64,000 nucleotides of DNA from Lama glama (lineage: Eukaryota). The notes under the pieces were generated by a model. That model searched no databases. It was not told the DNA's origin and saw nothing but the letters and a program-made list of their open reading frames with translations. The stretch spans positions 76,882,001 to 76,946,000 of the forward strand of contig CM052816.1 in NCBI GenBank assembly GCA_028534125.1. Reading direction: 5' to 3'. Both the position numbers and the translations under genes were made by a program. The first letter of the stretch is position 1. The number at the start of each line of letters is the position of its first letter. This document shows positions 12,470 to 27,400 of the stretch, in pieces.

Positions 12470-15400
12470 GATTGACTGATAGATAGATGGATAGATAAGT
12501 CTGAAACTCAGAAGGGAGGCCTGTGTTAGAGATTTCAATATGGAAGTCACCGACATTAAGATAGTATGTGAGGCTGTGGGGGTGTATGAGGCCATTTAGG
12601 GGCAAATGTAGAGTGAAAAAAAAAAATGAGGAAGCCAAGACCAGAACACAAATGAACACTATCCCTTAAAGGGGAAGTCAGAGAAAATTAACCCGCAGAG
12701 GAAGTTGTGGGATAGTGACCAGAGAGACAAGAAGTCAGCCAGGAGAGATTTCTCATGGAAACAGAGGAGGATCAAGAAAGGCAAAATGGCCAATACTGTT
12801 AAGGGCCAGAAGCAATGAAGTGAGATGCAGGCTGAGAAGTGTTTAGTGGATTTGGTAATTAAGTCTTCTAAGAGTGGTTTCAGTGAAGGATTGACGGTAG
12901 AAGCCAGATTGTAGTCAATAAAGAAATGAGTGAGAGGAGAGGAAGTCAAGTTGGTAAATATGGACAGCTTTCTCTACTTTGGCTGGGAAAAGGAGGATGA
13001 TCTTTTGGTGATGTGGAGGATTTAGAAAAGTCAAGAGAAGTGTTGGTCCTTTATGAATGAGTCACTTGGGCTGAGGGAGAAAACAAGACTGAGATGTTTA
13101 AGGATAGGGAGTGAAAAAAGAGGAACAAAATAATAATAATAAATAATATGCTGACACACAAAAGGGAATAAAAGGAGTGACATAACCGATAATTCAGATA
13201 GGATTCAGAACACAGGTGGAGAAGAACTTAGGGGGAGGTAAGGAAAGGAATCACTGTAGATAAGTTTGTGGGTTAAAGGAATGTATTTTCTTAAGAGAGT
13301 CTGTCCCCAATAACTGCTCTTTTACCAGTGAAATAAGAAACAAGATCATCTGATGATAGGGGAGAGGAGAGGAATAGAAGATTTGAGGGAAATAGTGAAG
13401 GTTTTGCATAGCCTTTGAGAAGGATGATGCAAGAGAGGGTTGACTAGATAAACAGTGTAATGATATTCTAGAAGAGTGCTCGGGTACAGCTGATATTGAA
13501 TGCTAAGTATTTGTAATATCCAGAATCAGTAAAATGGCAGTTTTACCCAGCTATGCTAATCAACCTAACACTAAACATAGAAAATATAGATGGTCCCATA
13601 AATCATTAAGGACTTGTGGGGCCTAAGTATTTACTGATAAGAGCAGTTGGAGTGAATGGTTTGGAATGAAGCACCTTGGAGTCCAAGTCACAGCTGATAG
13701 AAGCGAAGCTGGGTGGAGAACATCTGGAAAAGGTGAAGGAGTCAGGATGAGAACTAGTGCTCTTTGGTGTCTGTACAAGACCATCATATGCCTTCAGAAC
13801 CCCAGAACTGACTTACTGATATACTGCCATTTTAACAGAAAACATTACTGCCCTGTAGCAATGGATTAATTGTAGGTGTTCACTTTGAATGTGCTGTACT
13901 CAAGCTCCCCGATTCTCCATTTTTTTTCTTTTGCAGCAGTAGCAGCATAAACATAAGGCTAACACCTATTCCTTTGACTTCTGAAGTTTTAAATCAGAGC
14001 AGATATGAAAGAGAAAAGAATTCTCCAAGAATGATCCTTTTATTCATTTTTCTTTTTCATTGTAAGCTGAGTGTCTACTTGTTCCATTTTCACTTTTTCT
14101 TTTTTGTTTTCAGAAGCTCTGTCAATGAAGACAATCAAGATAATGTCATGTACTCTGATGGTAAGTGGCTAAAAGATGTTTATTAATTTGTTACCTCAGA
14201 TATAGAAGTCTGAGTTAATTATTCTCATAGGGTTATTAATGGGTCATTATCATCATTATTCCATGTAAGACCCCTCTCTTGTTTTACTTATTTGTTTATT
14301 TCCTTTTATCTCCATGAACTAGCCCTTTTCCTTTCTTCCCCTTACCAGAGACATATACTCTAGTATAATTAATGTGTATGTGTCTTTTGTATGTATTCTT
14401 TGCATATATTCTTTGTGTGTGTACATATGTATTTCAATTTACATGAACAGTATATTGTAGCTCACTCTGGTCTTTCTTTTTTTTTATACTCAGCATAATG
14501 TGGTTTTGAGGATCCATCCATGTTGGATATGTACATTTAATTTGTTTCTGTTAACTGCTGCACAGCACTCCATGATATGCATTCACGTTTTACCTCCAAC
14601 TCACTGGCACCACAAATAATAATTCAGTGCACCTTCTTGTTCATATCTCCATCTGGACCTCTGAGAGACTTTCTTTCAGATGTATATCCAGCAGTAGAAT
14701 GGCTGCTCCTAAGTTATGGAGTATTCATTTTGACTGAGTAAGACTAGAGTGCTCTCCAGAAGAGCTGCGTCTGTGTATATGCCCATCACAGGGCTTGAAG
14801 ATGCCGAGATGCCCGCCTTTCACCAGTGCATGGCATTATGCAGCCTTCCAGTTGTTTCCAGCCCTATGTGTATAAAATGATGTCCCATTTCATTTTCATG
14901 TCTCTGCCTGCTATTGAGTTTGAGTACTTGATTTGTTTATTGGCCTGTGTGGTCTCCTGTTCTGTACGTTGCAGGTCCCTATCCTTTGACCATGTTTTTC
15001 CTTGGGATTGGTATCGTTTTCTGATTGACTTGCAGGAGTTTGTTTGTATTCTAGGTATTAATCCTATGTCAGTTGCAGACATGGCAAATATCTTCTCTCT
15101 TAGTCCATGCTGTCCTTCACAGAGCAGAAAGAAATTTTGATATAATCAAATTCATTCATTTTTACTTTGTAACTTATTTATGCTCTTTAAGTTTTATTTA
15201 AGAAATCCTACCCCTAGGACATAAAAATAACATCTTCTATTTTCTTCTATGAGTGTTTTCCCTTATTTTTAGGTCATTGATCTCTTTGCAGTCCACCTTT
15301 GAGGATTTAGTAGAAATTGAGATTTGTTTTTGTGTGTGTAAAGCCAGTTTTCCCATTAGTATACTCTGAAATCTACCCTTTACTCATTAATTTATAGTAC

Positions 15401-18400
15401 CACCTTTACTATATTAACTCTCTTGGTGTGTTTCTGTTTTTGCATACATAGGTGTGTTACTGTGTGCATTACGTGTGTGTATATATTTGTGTATATGTAA
15501 AGTTGTGGATCTGTCTCTGGGCTCTCTGCTCCAGGTCTGTTTGTTCCTAAATCAACCACACTGCTTTTATTATTATTGTTTTAGCTTATGTCTTAATACC
15601 TTGTAATTTGTTGATATTTACTAAACCCTTGAGCAGTAAAATAACTTTTAAAAAAATTGAATTAACTTGATTTGTTTGATACATGAAACCAAAGCCTTGG
15701 AAACAAATAAGTCAAAAAGTATAAATGAATTGTGATTTTTCTGGTAATACCTTTATTCCACACAAGCCCACAAAACTAAATGCATGCCTTTCATAAAAAG
15801 AATGAAGGATGTCTTCATTATTTTTTGGCTTTTACATTATTTTATGAAAACCAATGAAATGAGTTTGTAATTAAATTAAAAGATATGGAAAAGCCATAGT
15901 AAAGATCTAAATCACATATTCTATTAAGTACTTCTCTACCTTCGGTAAACTGTAAGTTCTGTTAGATTATGAATGTTTTGAATATTATATTATATCTAAT
16001 AATCTTGTATTAAAGCATTTCTTAGTTATAGTATATTAAATTGTATTCTCTTTTTTTTTTATCACCTTAGGTACTGGAAATCTAGATGAGGTCAGTTTCT
16101 TTCTTCCTTGTCATAGTATATTGCTGTAACTAGAATATTTAACATTTCTTATGAATCATTTTCCATTGGTATAAACCAGCAAATGAAAATTCTTATGAGT
16201 AATGGTGATGTATTTCTATTTGTAATCTCACTTCATTGAAAATGCTTGAGACATTAAACACCAATCATTAAGTGACTCAGAATAATTTTGTGGCACTGAA
16301 CACACACTTAAATCTGGATACACATCTGAAATATATAGCAGGATTTAAAACGAAATATTTTTGTGCTTTCTTTCCAAGTCTATCTCTAAAAAGAAAAAAA
16401 AAATTTTTTAAACGAGCAGAATTTACATATACTTAAACTTATGCTTGTTTTACTGAGTGTTGGAGCCACATAATATATGTATGTTCCCTTTTTGAATAAT
16501 TAAAACTAATCATTATTCATGTTTTTCTCAACAGGAACAAGACAGTGAAGGAGAAACATATGAAGACATGTATGGGTTACATTTTTTCACCTTGATATTT
16601 TCCTTCTAAGATGAATATAATGATGATGATGAAGGAGAACAGAGGGACAGTCAACACTAGGAGGAGGGGGAAGCTGTACTGTTCAAATGATGGGCATGTA
16701 ATCATAACCCTTAGTTCAGTACAAAGGATTAAAGATTCTTTTCTTGTCGAAGGATTTTGCAGACGACTCTGTCAAAATGCCATTGTCTGAGAGGGCAGAG
16801 GCCCGGAGCTAGACCGCAGGCAGGGAATCACAGGCCAGGAATCTGTATATCTTGCTCTCAGTGTGTCCTTGGGCAAATAAATTCATGTCTAGGTTACAGT
16901 GTCTTCCCTGAGGTAGTGCTTCACCTCCCAAGGGTGCTTTGCGAGACAATGTAACACAGCCCCAGATGCCAAAGTTTCAGCCTCCTAAAGCAGAAAGACG
17001 TTAAAAATAGTTCCAAAATGGGTTTCTGGGTAGCCCAGGACTAAAAAATTTCTTGGAAAATGAGTGAAAGCAGAAACGAATATGTTTATCTTATTTTGTC
17101 TTTTGTGGATTCACATATCTTAATTTTCTCTACCCAGTGCTTACTCGACTAATTCTGACTAATGTTTCTGAACAAAGGCTTGCACATACAGACTTGTGGG
17201 TGCCCTTGTACCAGCGAGTGTACGCGCGTGAGAGAGAGAGAGAGATTAATACTATTCATGCCAGCATGCTGTAAGAACAGGGCCTTATGAGCAGTGCCTT
17301 CCACTTGCTGGCACAGCTGTAAGGGAAGCAGAGGCTTTGGAGGGCACCCTCACTTGTGTGCCTCCTACTGGTCTAAAGAACACTCTCACGCACCCAGGAA
17401 AATTTTGAGAAGCCTTGGCCTTGTGCCTTCATCTCTACTTCAGATACCTTCCTCTGTCATGGGTAGAAGCCTCTCAGGATGGTGAGCCCTAACCCATCAA
17501 TGCCAGAGGACGCTGAAGCAACCTAACAATCTTTATCCACAGAGAAGCATCCAAAGAAAGAGAGAAGAAACGGGAAAAGGAGGAAAAGAAGAGACTAGAG
17601 CTGGAGAAAAAGGAACAGAAAGAGAGAGAAAAGAAAGAGCAAGAAATAAAGAAGAAATTTAAAGTAAGAGCTTGCTGGCTGTTGGGTGAAAAAGTGAAAC
17701 CTTTTTTTAGAACTTTCACACAAAAGGGGGCCCCCTTTTTGAAACCTTACGTGGTTGGAGAATTACTCAGCCGTTGGTTTCTAAAGAGTAACTGCCTTCA
17801 TAACAGTAATGTTGTCGTCCAATACACTCCTTTATCCCGGCACTAAAAATGTAATACAGTGAAATCCAAACAAAAAACGGTGGCTTATAAATTGGATAAA
17901 ATCCAAATACAATATGGCAGGAGCTCAGGAAATTTTATATTGATTACTCAAACCCATCTTGGTTCTCCTTGTTACACATTTCATGTTAACCTACACGCAA
18001 CAGGCGCTTGGGACCACACATGTATGTATCCCTGTGGCATGAACGACAGGGTGCCAGGGGCAAAAGTGTCTCTGGATTAACCAGACTGGTCTCGGAATAA
18101 AGTCCTCTGAGCTATTCTAACTGCTGGTATCCAGACCCGACTTTTTTTTCTTTTTACTTTATTTTAAGCCTTTGTACATGTTGACTTCTGATACCCGCTG
18201 TTTCTCTTCCTTCTTCATCCACCAGGATTTCTGACCTCTCTCTTCTCTGCTTCCTAGTTTCTAATTGTGTGACTTCTGTTACTACCGCCACTAACACTGC
18301 ACTTGCTGGCTCTTCTCTCTTGGCTACTCCATCTTTGGTGACATGGTCCATGTGGTGTAGGTCTGTATGTCAGCTGTATTTAGAGTGATTATATGAGCTA

Positions 18401-21400
18401 CAAACCTATTCTTCACTTTAAAAAGAATTCATATCAAGTTTCCTTTAAATATTTAATTCCTCCAGAACATTTAATACATGGTTTGGATTGTAAAAAAATG
18501 TGATTTATATATAACTTCCCAGTATATGTATTATCATAAAACAAAGATTTAACAGCAGGGCATAGGGAAAATATAAAGCTTGGAGTTAGTTGAACAATGT
18601 GGATTCAAATTCTAGCTGCACGTGCGAGTTATGTGACCATGGACTTACATGTAAACTTCTCTGAACCTCAGATCTTATTTTTAAAGTGAGTAAATGATAC
18701 CTCTCCTGAAAGTTTGTTATGGAATTAAATAAAATAATGCATATAAGTCATTGTATCTATTATGGGTTCTTGTTAAGTTTTGCTTACTATATATAAGTAA
18801 AATTAACACTACAATATAAATATTAAAACATTTTACTCATACAGAATGTATGGATATCAATGTTTATATTTTTCAAGTACAAAATATGAAAAATTAGTTT
18901 CTTAGATGAAAATCTTTATAACACATTTTATGAAGAGATGGTTTATAGTTTTGAAGGGATTATGTGAAACATTTCCTTGTATTTCCTTTGGACAAATCAA
19001 TTTTGCATTGTTTCACTCATTCATTCAAATGATACTCAAGTGATAAATGTTGGTAAGAAAAAATTAGGGCATAGAAATCATACCATCAAATATGAACTCA
19101 AAAGTTTGTCAAGACTGGGACTTCACATGCTATATTCCTTCTACAAAATGTTAATAGATATTAAAATTAAGGAAATGAAATAAATGTGAGAACTGTTACA
19201 AAGCACCACATTTCATTAATTCTAAGACTAAGTATTTCGCATTTTGAAATTCCGAAATTAGGATACATCTTAACATCATTGGCATATCATTTAAATTAAG
19301 CTGTTTTCTTTCTTTCGTAGTGGTACATAATTAATGATCTGTCTCACAATTTGTAGCACTACAACTTCAATAAAATAAAGTAGAGCTTTTTCAAAAATCA
19401 CAATGCATATTTGCATATCAAAAGATCCAAGAAGTCAGCTTAAAAGACACCAATTTAGGATTAGAAAATTAGGAGTTTAGGATGCATGGCCTCTAAACTA
19501 GATCATTCCCCTGCTGTCAAGAAACCACTGTACTATTCAGGATGTTAGTTTTAAATACCTCACATAGTATATGTATGCTATTTTTTAATTGACAAATTTA
19601 TTTCTAAACTGTCTTGTTTATGGCAGGCAATGTCTACTCCAAGATAGACAAATACCACACAGTTTGAGAAAAGAAAAGAAAGCAAATGCTGTTCCCATGA
19701 GTACAAGCAACCACCACACTCCCTCTGCTGTTTTAGGCCTGCAGAGAACCATCTGCATAGAATAACTGCACAGAGCAAAGAGGAAAAGAACCTCTGCCTA
19801 CCAAGCAGACCACCATCATACCCCATAAAAACACGTAGCACTCAGCATGGATTATCATACATACCAGGTATTCGGTTATCAGTGGCTTCCTCTGCAAGTC
19901 GTTCAGAGTTCCCCAGGTCAACAGATCATTACCCCTCTCTCTTGGCCCCCAAGCACAATGCTTACGCTAGTCCTGCCTCACCTCTGTGATTTTTCCCTAA
20001 CACCTGCTATAGGAACATTAACCAGGAATGACCTTCATCCTTACCTTCTAGTTGAAAACTGTAAATGTTGGAAATAGGCTGGTTGGCAAGTGGTGGACAT
20101 ACTGTCTTTCAAAACTGCATTCCTTGAAGATTTTCTGAATAGTAAGGAAGCTTGTTGTGATTTTTTTTTCCCTCTTTGCAGCTAACAGGCCCTATTCAAG
20201 TCATCCATCAAGCAAAAGCTTGCTGTGATGTCAAAGGAGGAAAGAATGAACTAAGCTTCAAGCAAGGAGAGCAAATTGAAATAATCCGCATCACAGACAA
20301 CCCCGAAGGGAAGTGGCTGGGCAGAACAGCAAGAGGGTCATGTGAGTGCACATTTTCCTGTAACTTCAAAGTGTTTCCTTTTTGAGCCAATGCTAATGTG
20401 AAAATTCTTCCAAAGCTACTCACAAGCATTAACTTGAGAGTATGTCACAGGGTAGACAAAGATGGGAAGATTTTAGGTAGAGCTCCACCTTCCCCTCATC
20501 TGTGTTATCTTCTTAGTGGGGAAAAATGTAAATATTTATATTATCCCAGGGAGGAGCAAAGAGCATTATGTTCTTCACTGATGTTAAAAGGCAAAAATGA
20601 TTCATGTAAATCACTTTGGAATCTTGAAAATAGACTCTAGGTTTACCCCAAACCACAACAGCACAAGATTTGACAAAAGCCAGTGAAGAAACGTGTCAAT
20701 GTGGGAAGTCTATAAATCAGAATCGTGAGCAGAGGAATACAGGGAAAATTTAAAGAGCAAATGTGCAATTGGTATTTTATTCACAATTCCAAGACAGTTG
20801 AAGTGCAGTTACCTGAACATAAATTGTTCCCCTTTTGATAGATGGCTATATTAAGACAACTGCTGTAGAGATTGACTATGATTCCTTGAAACGGAAAAAA
20901 AATTCCCTTGGTGCTCTTTCATCAAGACCTACTGAAGATGACCAGGAAGTATATGACGACGTCGCAGAGCAGGCAGATACTAGCAGGTATGTGTAAACAC
21001 AAACAGTAGAGCAAATCAGACTGCCTCCCTGTCTGAGATGATGTATTTTAAGATACTAGAATTTTGCTTTCCATACTTCCTGCTGCTCGCTCTCTCTAAA
21101 CTAAATTACCATTTATAGTCATTTCACTATGGGTCAAAAGTCACTTGAAACTCCACAGTCTTTTAGTTTACTCTTTGGTTGTATATATCAAGTACTACTT
21201 GAAATGTAATGGGCCATTTGCCAGAAGTTGCCAAAGGTGTTGCCAATCCAGAAAGCTGTTTTACAATATTCATTCTGATTTGATCTTAGGGATACGCCTA
21301 AAGTAAATACGATTTCATAAGATATGAAGCATGAAATATAAGTTAGCTCTGAAAAATATTAAACTTTTTGCTCTGAAGTCTCTAAGTCTAAATATATTTG

Positions 21401-24400
21401 AAAGTATAACAGAAAAAAAATGCTTTTTTACTACAGCTCTACTCTTTAAGAGTAAAAAAGTAAAAGCTCAATCCCCCGTGATCCCTGGGAATCAACTAAG
21501 GGTCCAACTTTCTGTGGCCCATTCATTCCACTAGGTTAGTGTGACTTTCCCTGCAAGAATTATGGGAACACCTTCCTGGGGCAGAGGAACAGAACAAGAC
21601 CTCCTTTCTGGAGGAGCCAAGAGTGGAGAGTGGCCATCTTGTCCCGCATCCCTCTTCTTCCCTTTTTCCCCTTCTCAGTTACCAGCTTCCTTTCTCCATG
21701 CCTCCTCATCTCTTTTTCCTAGCTCTGACCTTCCTTGTCCTTTCTTCTCCTTCCTTTTCCATTCCCCTTTCCTTTTTCATTCCTTCTTTCCTCCAATATC
21801 TCCCTTTCCTAGTAAATCCATAAGCCCTTCAAGTTGAAGGAAAATGAGGAGGAAAATCTCCAGCACAGTGAGAACCCTCATTTTTCTATGCCCACTTTGT
21901 GTTATTGGGAAACCCTCACATGATCCCAAAACACATGACCCATGCTAGATCTTCACTTGGGAACAAATGTGTCTGCATTCTTCATAACTCAGGTTTCAAA
22001 GAAAAAAATGTTTTAATTATCAACCATTTAAAAAATGTAAAATGATCAAAATAGTAATATACTTACAAGATATATGAAGAATTAAATTTCCCTCTAATGG
22101 TCTTTGAACTCATGGCATCAATTATACTTCTGTTGCTTTCTGGAAGTTTTGTCTTTCCAAAATGAATAATAGCCTGCAGTGCTTTCTTACCAGGTTATGA
22201 CCATAAGTTATGCAGCATATATCAAAGCATGCAATGTATGCACTGGAATTTACAGATCATAAATGGACCTTAGTGATAAGAAACACACTGACCTAGTTTG
22301 AGAGTGAGTAAATGCCAGTTTTGGGGTCAGTTGCCATTCCAAATGGCCAAATTCTGAGACTTACAGAAACTTCTGGGTATGAGTATGCATACCATGTATA
22401 TTGTCAACATACATACCTTATGTTCAATCTTTTATCTTTTAAAAAAAAAAGCATTTCTCTTATTATTTTGGAATTAAAGAACCCCAGTTATATTAAGAAA
22501 TGACACATTTACACTATGAACATACTCAAGAAAAAAATAATAAATCCACAAAAAAGGGTTGATATCCTTAAAATGAAACATTATTTACCATCATAGGTGA
22601 CTATTTCCCAAAACTAATGCTATTACCATTTCCATTTTGTCTAGTCCATACATACTGCAACTCTAAAAGACATCTCTAGTTAGTAAACATGTAGCAGGAA
22701 AAGAATCTTCTATTTAGTAGAATGGGCTTGGAGGAGGTGTGTGGTTTTAATGCTCCTATCTTAAAAAAAGATAGCACCACAATATTTACTGGTATCTATT
22801 CCTCCCATATGCATATTTAATAAGAAAATGAAAGAGGAGACATCACTTCTACACAAGTGTTTTTTGAAACTACAGCTGCTACTGGCAGAGATCTCATAAC
22901 AGAACATGCTTTGTCCTTAGTAGAACAAAGAAAGATGCTGAGTATAGCTGGCAGTCTGTCCTGGCAAGAATAAGAGAAGGCACCATCCTCTCCCCCTCCC
23001 TCCCCCTTCCCCAGATGCCTCTTGGTTCCTTGCACTCTTTACTGGCTCTTTCCCGTTTCCTCCGGGGTAAGGCGAGCTGCCTGAGCACTTCAGACTCTGA
23101 GCACACAGGAAGCTTAAAGGCACAGGTCCTGACGGCTGTTTTCCTTTTCTTACCAATTAAACAATTTTTGTAATAAATATGAAATGTTCAACAAAAGGAA
23201 ATTACAAGTGGAAATACCATTCCTCCATCACATAAAAAACTTTCTTCTATATGTTTCCCAGCCTTTTCCCTGCCACTCACCCTTTGCTCTCTCCCTTCCC
23301 TTTTCCTTTTCTCACACTCTCCTCTCCTTGCCTCCAGTTTGTCTGACAAATGGTTTCTATTCCAAAGAGCCCAGTGTATGAAATTGGAGAATGGCTTTAG
23401 AAATGAAATAATGTATGGTGGCTTTGCTCCCGATGATTATAATCCCCTTCTTTGGGAACTGGGTATGAGAATCTCCAAGATAGAATATATTTTATTTGCC
23501 AGGGGTGGCAATCAACCAAAGCAGCAATTTTTCACATAATTCTAACAGCTTGCTTCGTGCTCAAAGGGAAATGTCGAAGACAACGAATGAGAAAATAGTT
23601 TGTAAGCAAGTAGAGAATATATTTAAACTTCATCAAAAATCAATTCCTTATTTATATATTAAGACATTTAGAGCATGTTTTTCTACAAAGTTCCGTTAAC
23701 AAGAGAATGCTTCTATTTCTAGGTTAACTTGCTTCATACCGATTTCTATTATTCTGAACTTGAGGTTGAGGAATCAGATGTGTGTAATTAGACAGCGTGA
23801 TTGTAATATCAGACTGATATCTGTTGCTGGCAGATTATCCAGAAGGCAAAAAAGGGACACAGGGAGTGCAGTGAGGTGTAGTCAAAATGACATACAGGAA
23901 GCCAGGATGCTGAGGCTCTTAGCTCATGGCTTCAGCTGATTAAAAGTGGGCTTGGTCACGTCACTTAACTCCTCAGAGCATCAGTTTCTTTTCTGCAAAA
24001 TAAACTAGATGACGTCTGAGATTGCTTTTAGTTCTCACAGTCTACACTTCCTTTGTGCCCACAAAACTCACATTTTAGAGGGGAAAATGAGAAAAAAAAA
24101 CAGACGATTACAAAAGAGGAAAAATATAGAATCTTATAGAAATAAATAAAAAATGCAGAAATCTGGATTTAGAGATTCAGGAGCCACACTATACAAAAGC
24201 CTCCTGAAGAGAATTTCGAAATTTTTTAAGTTCTCCCTTTTGAAAAAATGTAATCCTATTGGTCTAAGAGTCAAATGCTGTGATTATAAGATACTGAAAG
24301 AAAATTGGATTTAATGCAGTAGTGGTTCTGGAATAATACTCTGTCTTTTTTAATAAATCCATCTGTGGAATAATATAATACTGTACAATCTGAAAACGGC

Positions 24401-27400
24401 ATCATGGGAAAATGCTAGAAACAAACCTTATGATTGGAATCCTTTATGTGGTACTGAATCTCACTTGATTCTTGTTAGGTTTGTTTTGTTTTGTCTTTTG
24501 CTTTGTTACTACTCATCTGTTAGAATAAGGAACAACTTTTCACATATAACATCTGATAACTTTTTTCTAATCAAAGTCTGGTTGACTTACAATATTATAT
24601 TAGTTTCAGGTATATAACATAGTGATTCAATATTTTTATAGATTATACTCCATTTAAAGTTCTTATAAAATATTGGCTATATTCTCTGTGCTGTACAGTA
24701 TATACTTGTAGATTGTTTATCTTATACATAGTAGTTTGTACCTCTTAAGCCCCTCGCCCGAACTTGCCTCTCCCCTCAATCTGCTGTTCCTTCCATCCCC
24801 TTGCTACTGGTAACCGCTAGTTCATTTTCCATATCTGTGAGTTTGTTTGTTTCGTAACATTCATTTGTTTTGTTTTTTTAGATCCACTATATAAGTGATA
24901 ACGTACAGTATTTGTCTTTCTCTCTCTGACTTACTTCACTGAATATAATACCCTCCAGGTCCACCCATGTTGTTGCAAATGGCAAAATCTCATTCGTTCT
25001 ATGCCTGAGTAACATTCCGTTGTATGTACACTGCATCTTCTATATCCATTCATCTGCTGATGGAAACAGATTACTTCTATATCTTGGCTATTGTAAATAA
25101 TATACTGATAACGTTTGACTGGACTGTTATTTTTCTTTTATAAAACTGTTCAATATATGTACTTCTTTTTCTTATAGCTAAATAAATCATATTTTAATTT
25201 AATTTGTCTATTTTTTTTCCCTAGCCACAGTCAGAGTGGAAGTGGAGGTAAGCCACACAATTTTATCAGCAGTTTTCCAAGTCTTCGATGTTTTTGTGTA
25301 AATTGACAAAATGCTTTCATTTGCAGATAATGAGGAGGATCTGAATGTGGTAGAAAGAACACTGGACTGGAAACCAATGACCTAGAGTCCAGTCCTGGCC
25401 ACTGAGTGACCCTGACCAAATCACTTCTTTTCCTCCAAGTTTGTTATGGGTCATAGGGTGCCTCCATTTCCAGAGTGCCCAGGGCAGTCTTGATTTTTGC
25501 CAATGGTCTGAGCACAATTATTAACAGTATCCCCCTTCACTTTCAGAAGTATCCTTGTTTGGATGACTTCTGTGGCCACCTTAGCTATGACTCCTAGAGA
25601 CTCTTTGTTATCTCATCAACAAAATAAGGATATTTTACCAATACCTGGCAGTGCTAAACTTCTCATCCTAAAAATCAAATTTCAAGTTTATTGTACATCT
25701 TTCTGTACAGAGAAGGCATTCAAGAAGCATTTGTTAAATAAATATTTGTCAAATAGCAAGATTCCTAAGATTGTGGGACAACAAATCAAACAAGAAAGGA
25801 TTTAACTTTTAACTTTGATGAAATGAAATAAAGAAACGAAAAGTCATCTTTCGTGCCTTTGTTTCAGCTCCCATCAGTGTTTACAAATTCACCTTTCATT
25901 TCCTTTGCTTTTCTTTACTTATATCTTGATCAGTATCCTTTTTCTAAATGTCTCCTCAGTATTAATTAATTTTTTGCTTATCACCTTCTCCATCCTCTTT
26001 TTCCTCAATAAGTATTTAACTCCATTGCCTATTTAATTTCACTTTTTCTCTTAGTTATTTTCCCCTATTCCTTTCCTCAGCAGTGCACAGTACTCTTATC
26101 ATCTCTCATTTTTTTGTTACCTTTCACTTTGAAGAATTCCTTATAAAACAATTTTTTAAAACAATTAATTTATCTACTATCTTTGTGAGAGTGGGAAAAT
26201 AAAGGTATTTTTTAATTTAAATAGTTGATATGAAAGAGGAGTGCTTTCTGCGGTTAAATAAGACAGATTATCAAATTCTGAGTGACCAATTGTGACCAAA
26301 CTATAAAATTAACAGAAGATTTTTACCCCTAATTCAAATGAAGGGATGTTCCCACCTCCCCCAGATGATGATATTTATGATGGGATTGAAGAGGAGGATG
26401 CTGCTGACAGGTAAGAATAATCAGCTAATTGCCTTTCTGCAAATTATTGTGTAGACTGAAATTTAGTTTTGATTTCCAGTTAGAATAAATAGCAGAAAAC
26501 AATGTTTCCTGTTACATTACCAAAAATTATTTGAATGTTTAATTAATAGCCATAGTAAATCAGGAAGTGTAATTGCATTACACTTCAAGTGGTATATTGT
26601 TTGGAAGAACCTTGACAACCATGTCAAAAGAAGTGAAATGAAAAAGGGTTAAGGGGATACAGGTGTTGCAGATTGTTTTTCAAACTTTTCCCAGTCATTT
26701 ATTTATCAGTCAATAATTTATTTCTACAACCATCTCTAGAGAGTCTGTCAGTTGCATGGCTATCCTTTGTATAATAATCAAGGGTGTGGGCAGTCCGAAT
26801 AAATTGAGGTCATATGCTATCTGTAGCAAAACCAGATTTGAATACTTAATCCTCAAGGTGTTTAAACTTTTGAAATGGTGTACTTCAAATTTAAACATGT
26901 ATTTCAATTTTTTAAATCCGCTAACTACTTAATCTTAATTATAGTAAGGCCAAATTAATGTTTAAAATTTAATCCTGACTTAGCTTGCTGTTTTAAGAAC
27001 CAAGAGAAATCCACCAAATAGAAAAAATAGCTTACCTGCTTCTTACCTAGTAGCAGCAGTATTCAAAGACCATGACCTATGTACTTAATAGCTTTGTCTT
27101 GTTGAATACAATGAATAGCTTACTATGTGAATAATCAGTGCAGAATAATTATAAAAGCTCTGAATGTCCACCCATTGTCTTCACGTTCCATTGATGACTC
27201 CATTCTGATCAATGCCTACATGCTCCAAAGCTCCATGCCACAGGTTGAAGAGAAGAGTAATACGTGGTCCTGGGGGATTTTGAAGATGTTAAAGGGAAAA
27301 GATGACAAAAAGAAAAGTATACGAGAGAAACCTAAAGTGTCTGATTCAGACGATGAAGGTTCATTGTAAGGATCCACCAACCACCAAAGCCAGCGCACAA

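Noticed and set aside
12252..12659. ORFs with repeated IYLS/SIYL
   Set aside because: Translation of the GATA microsatellite inside an L2 relic.
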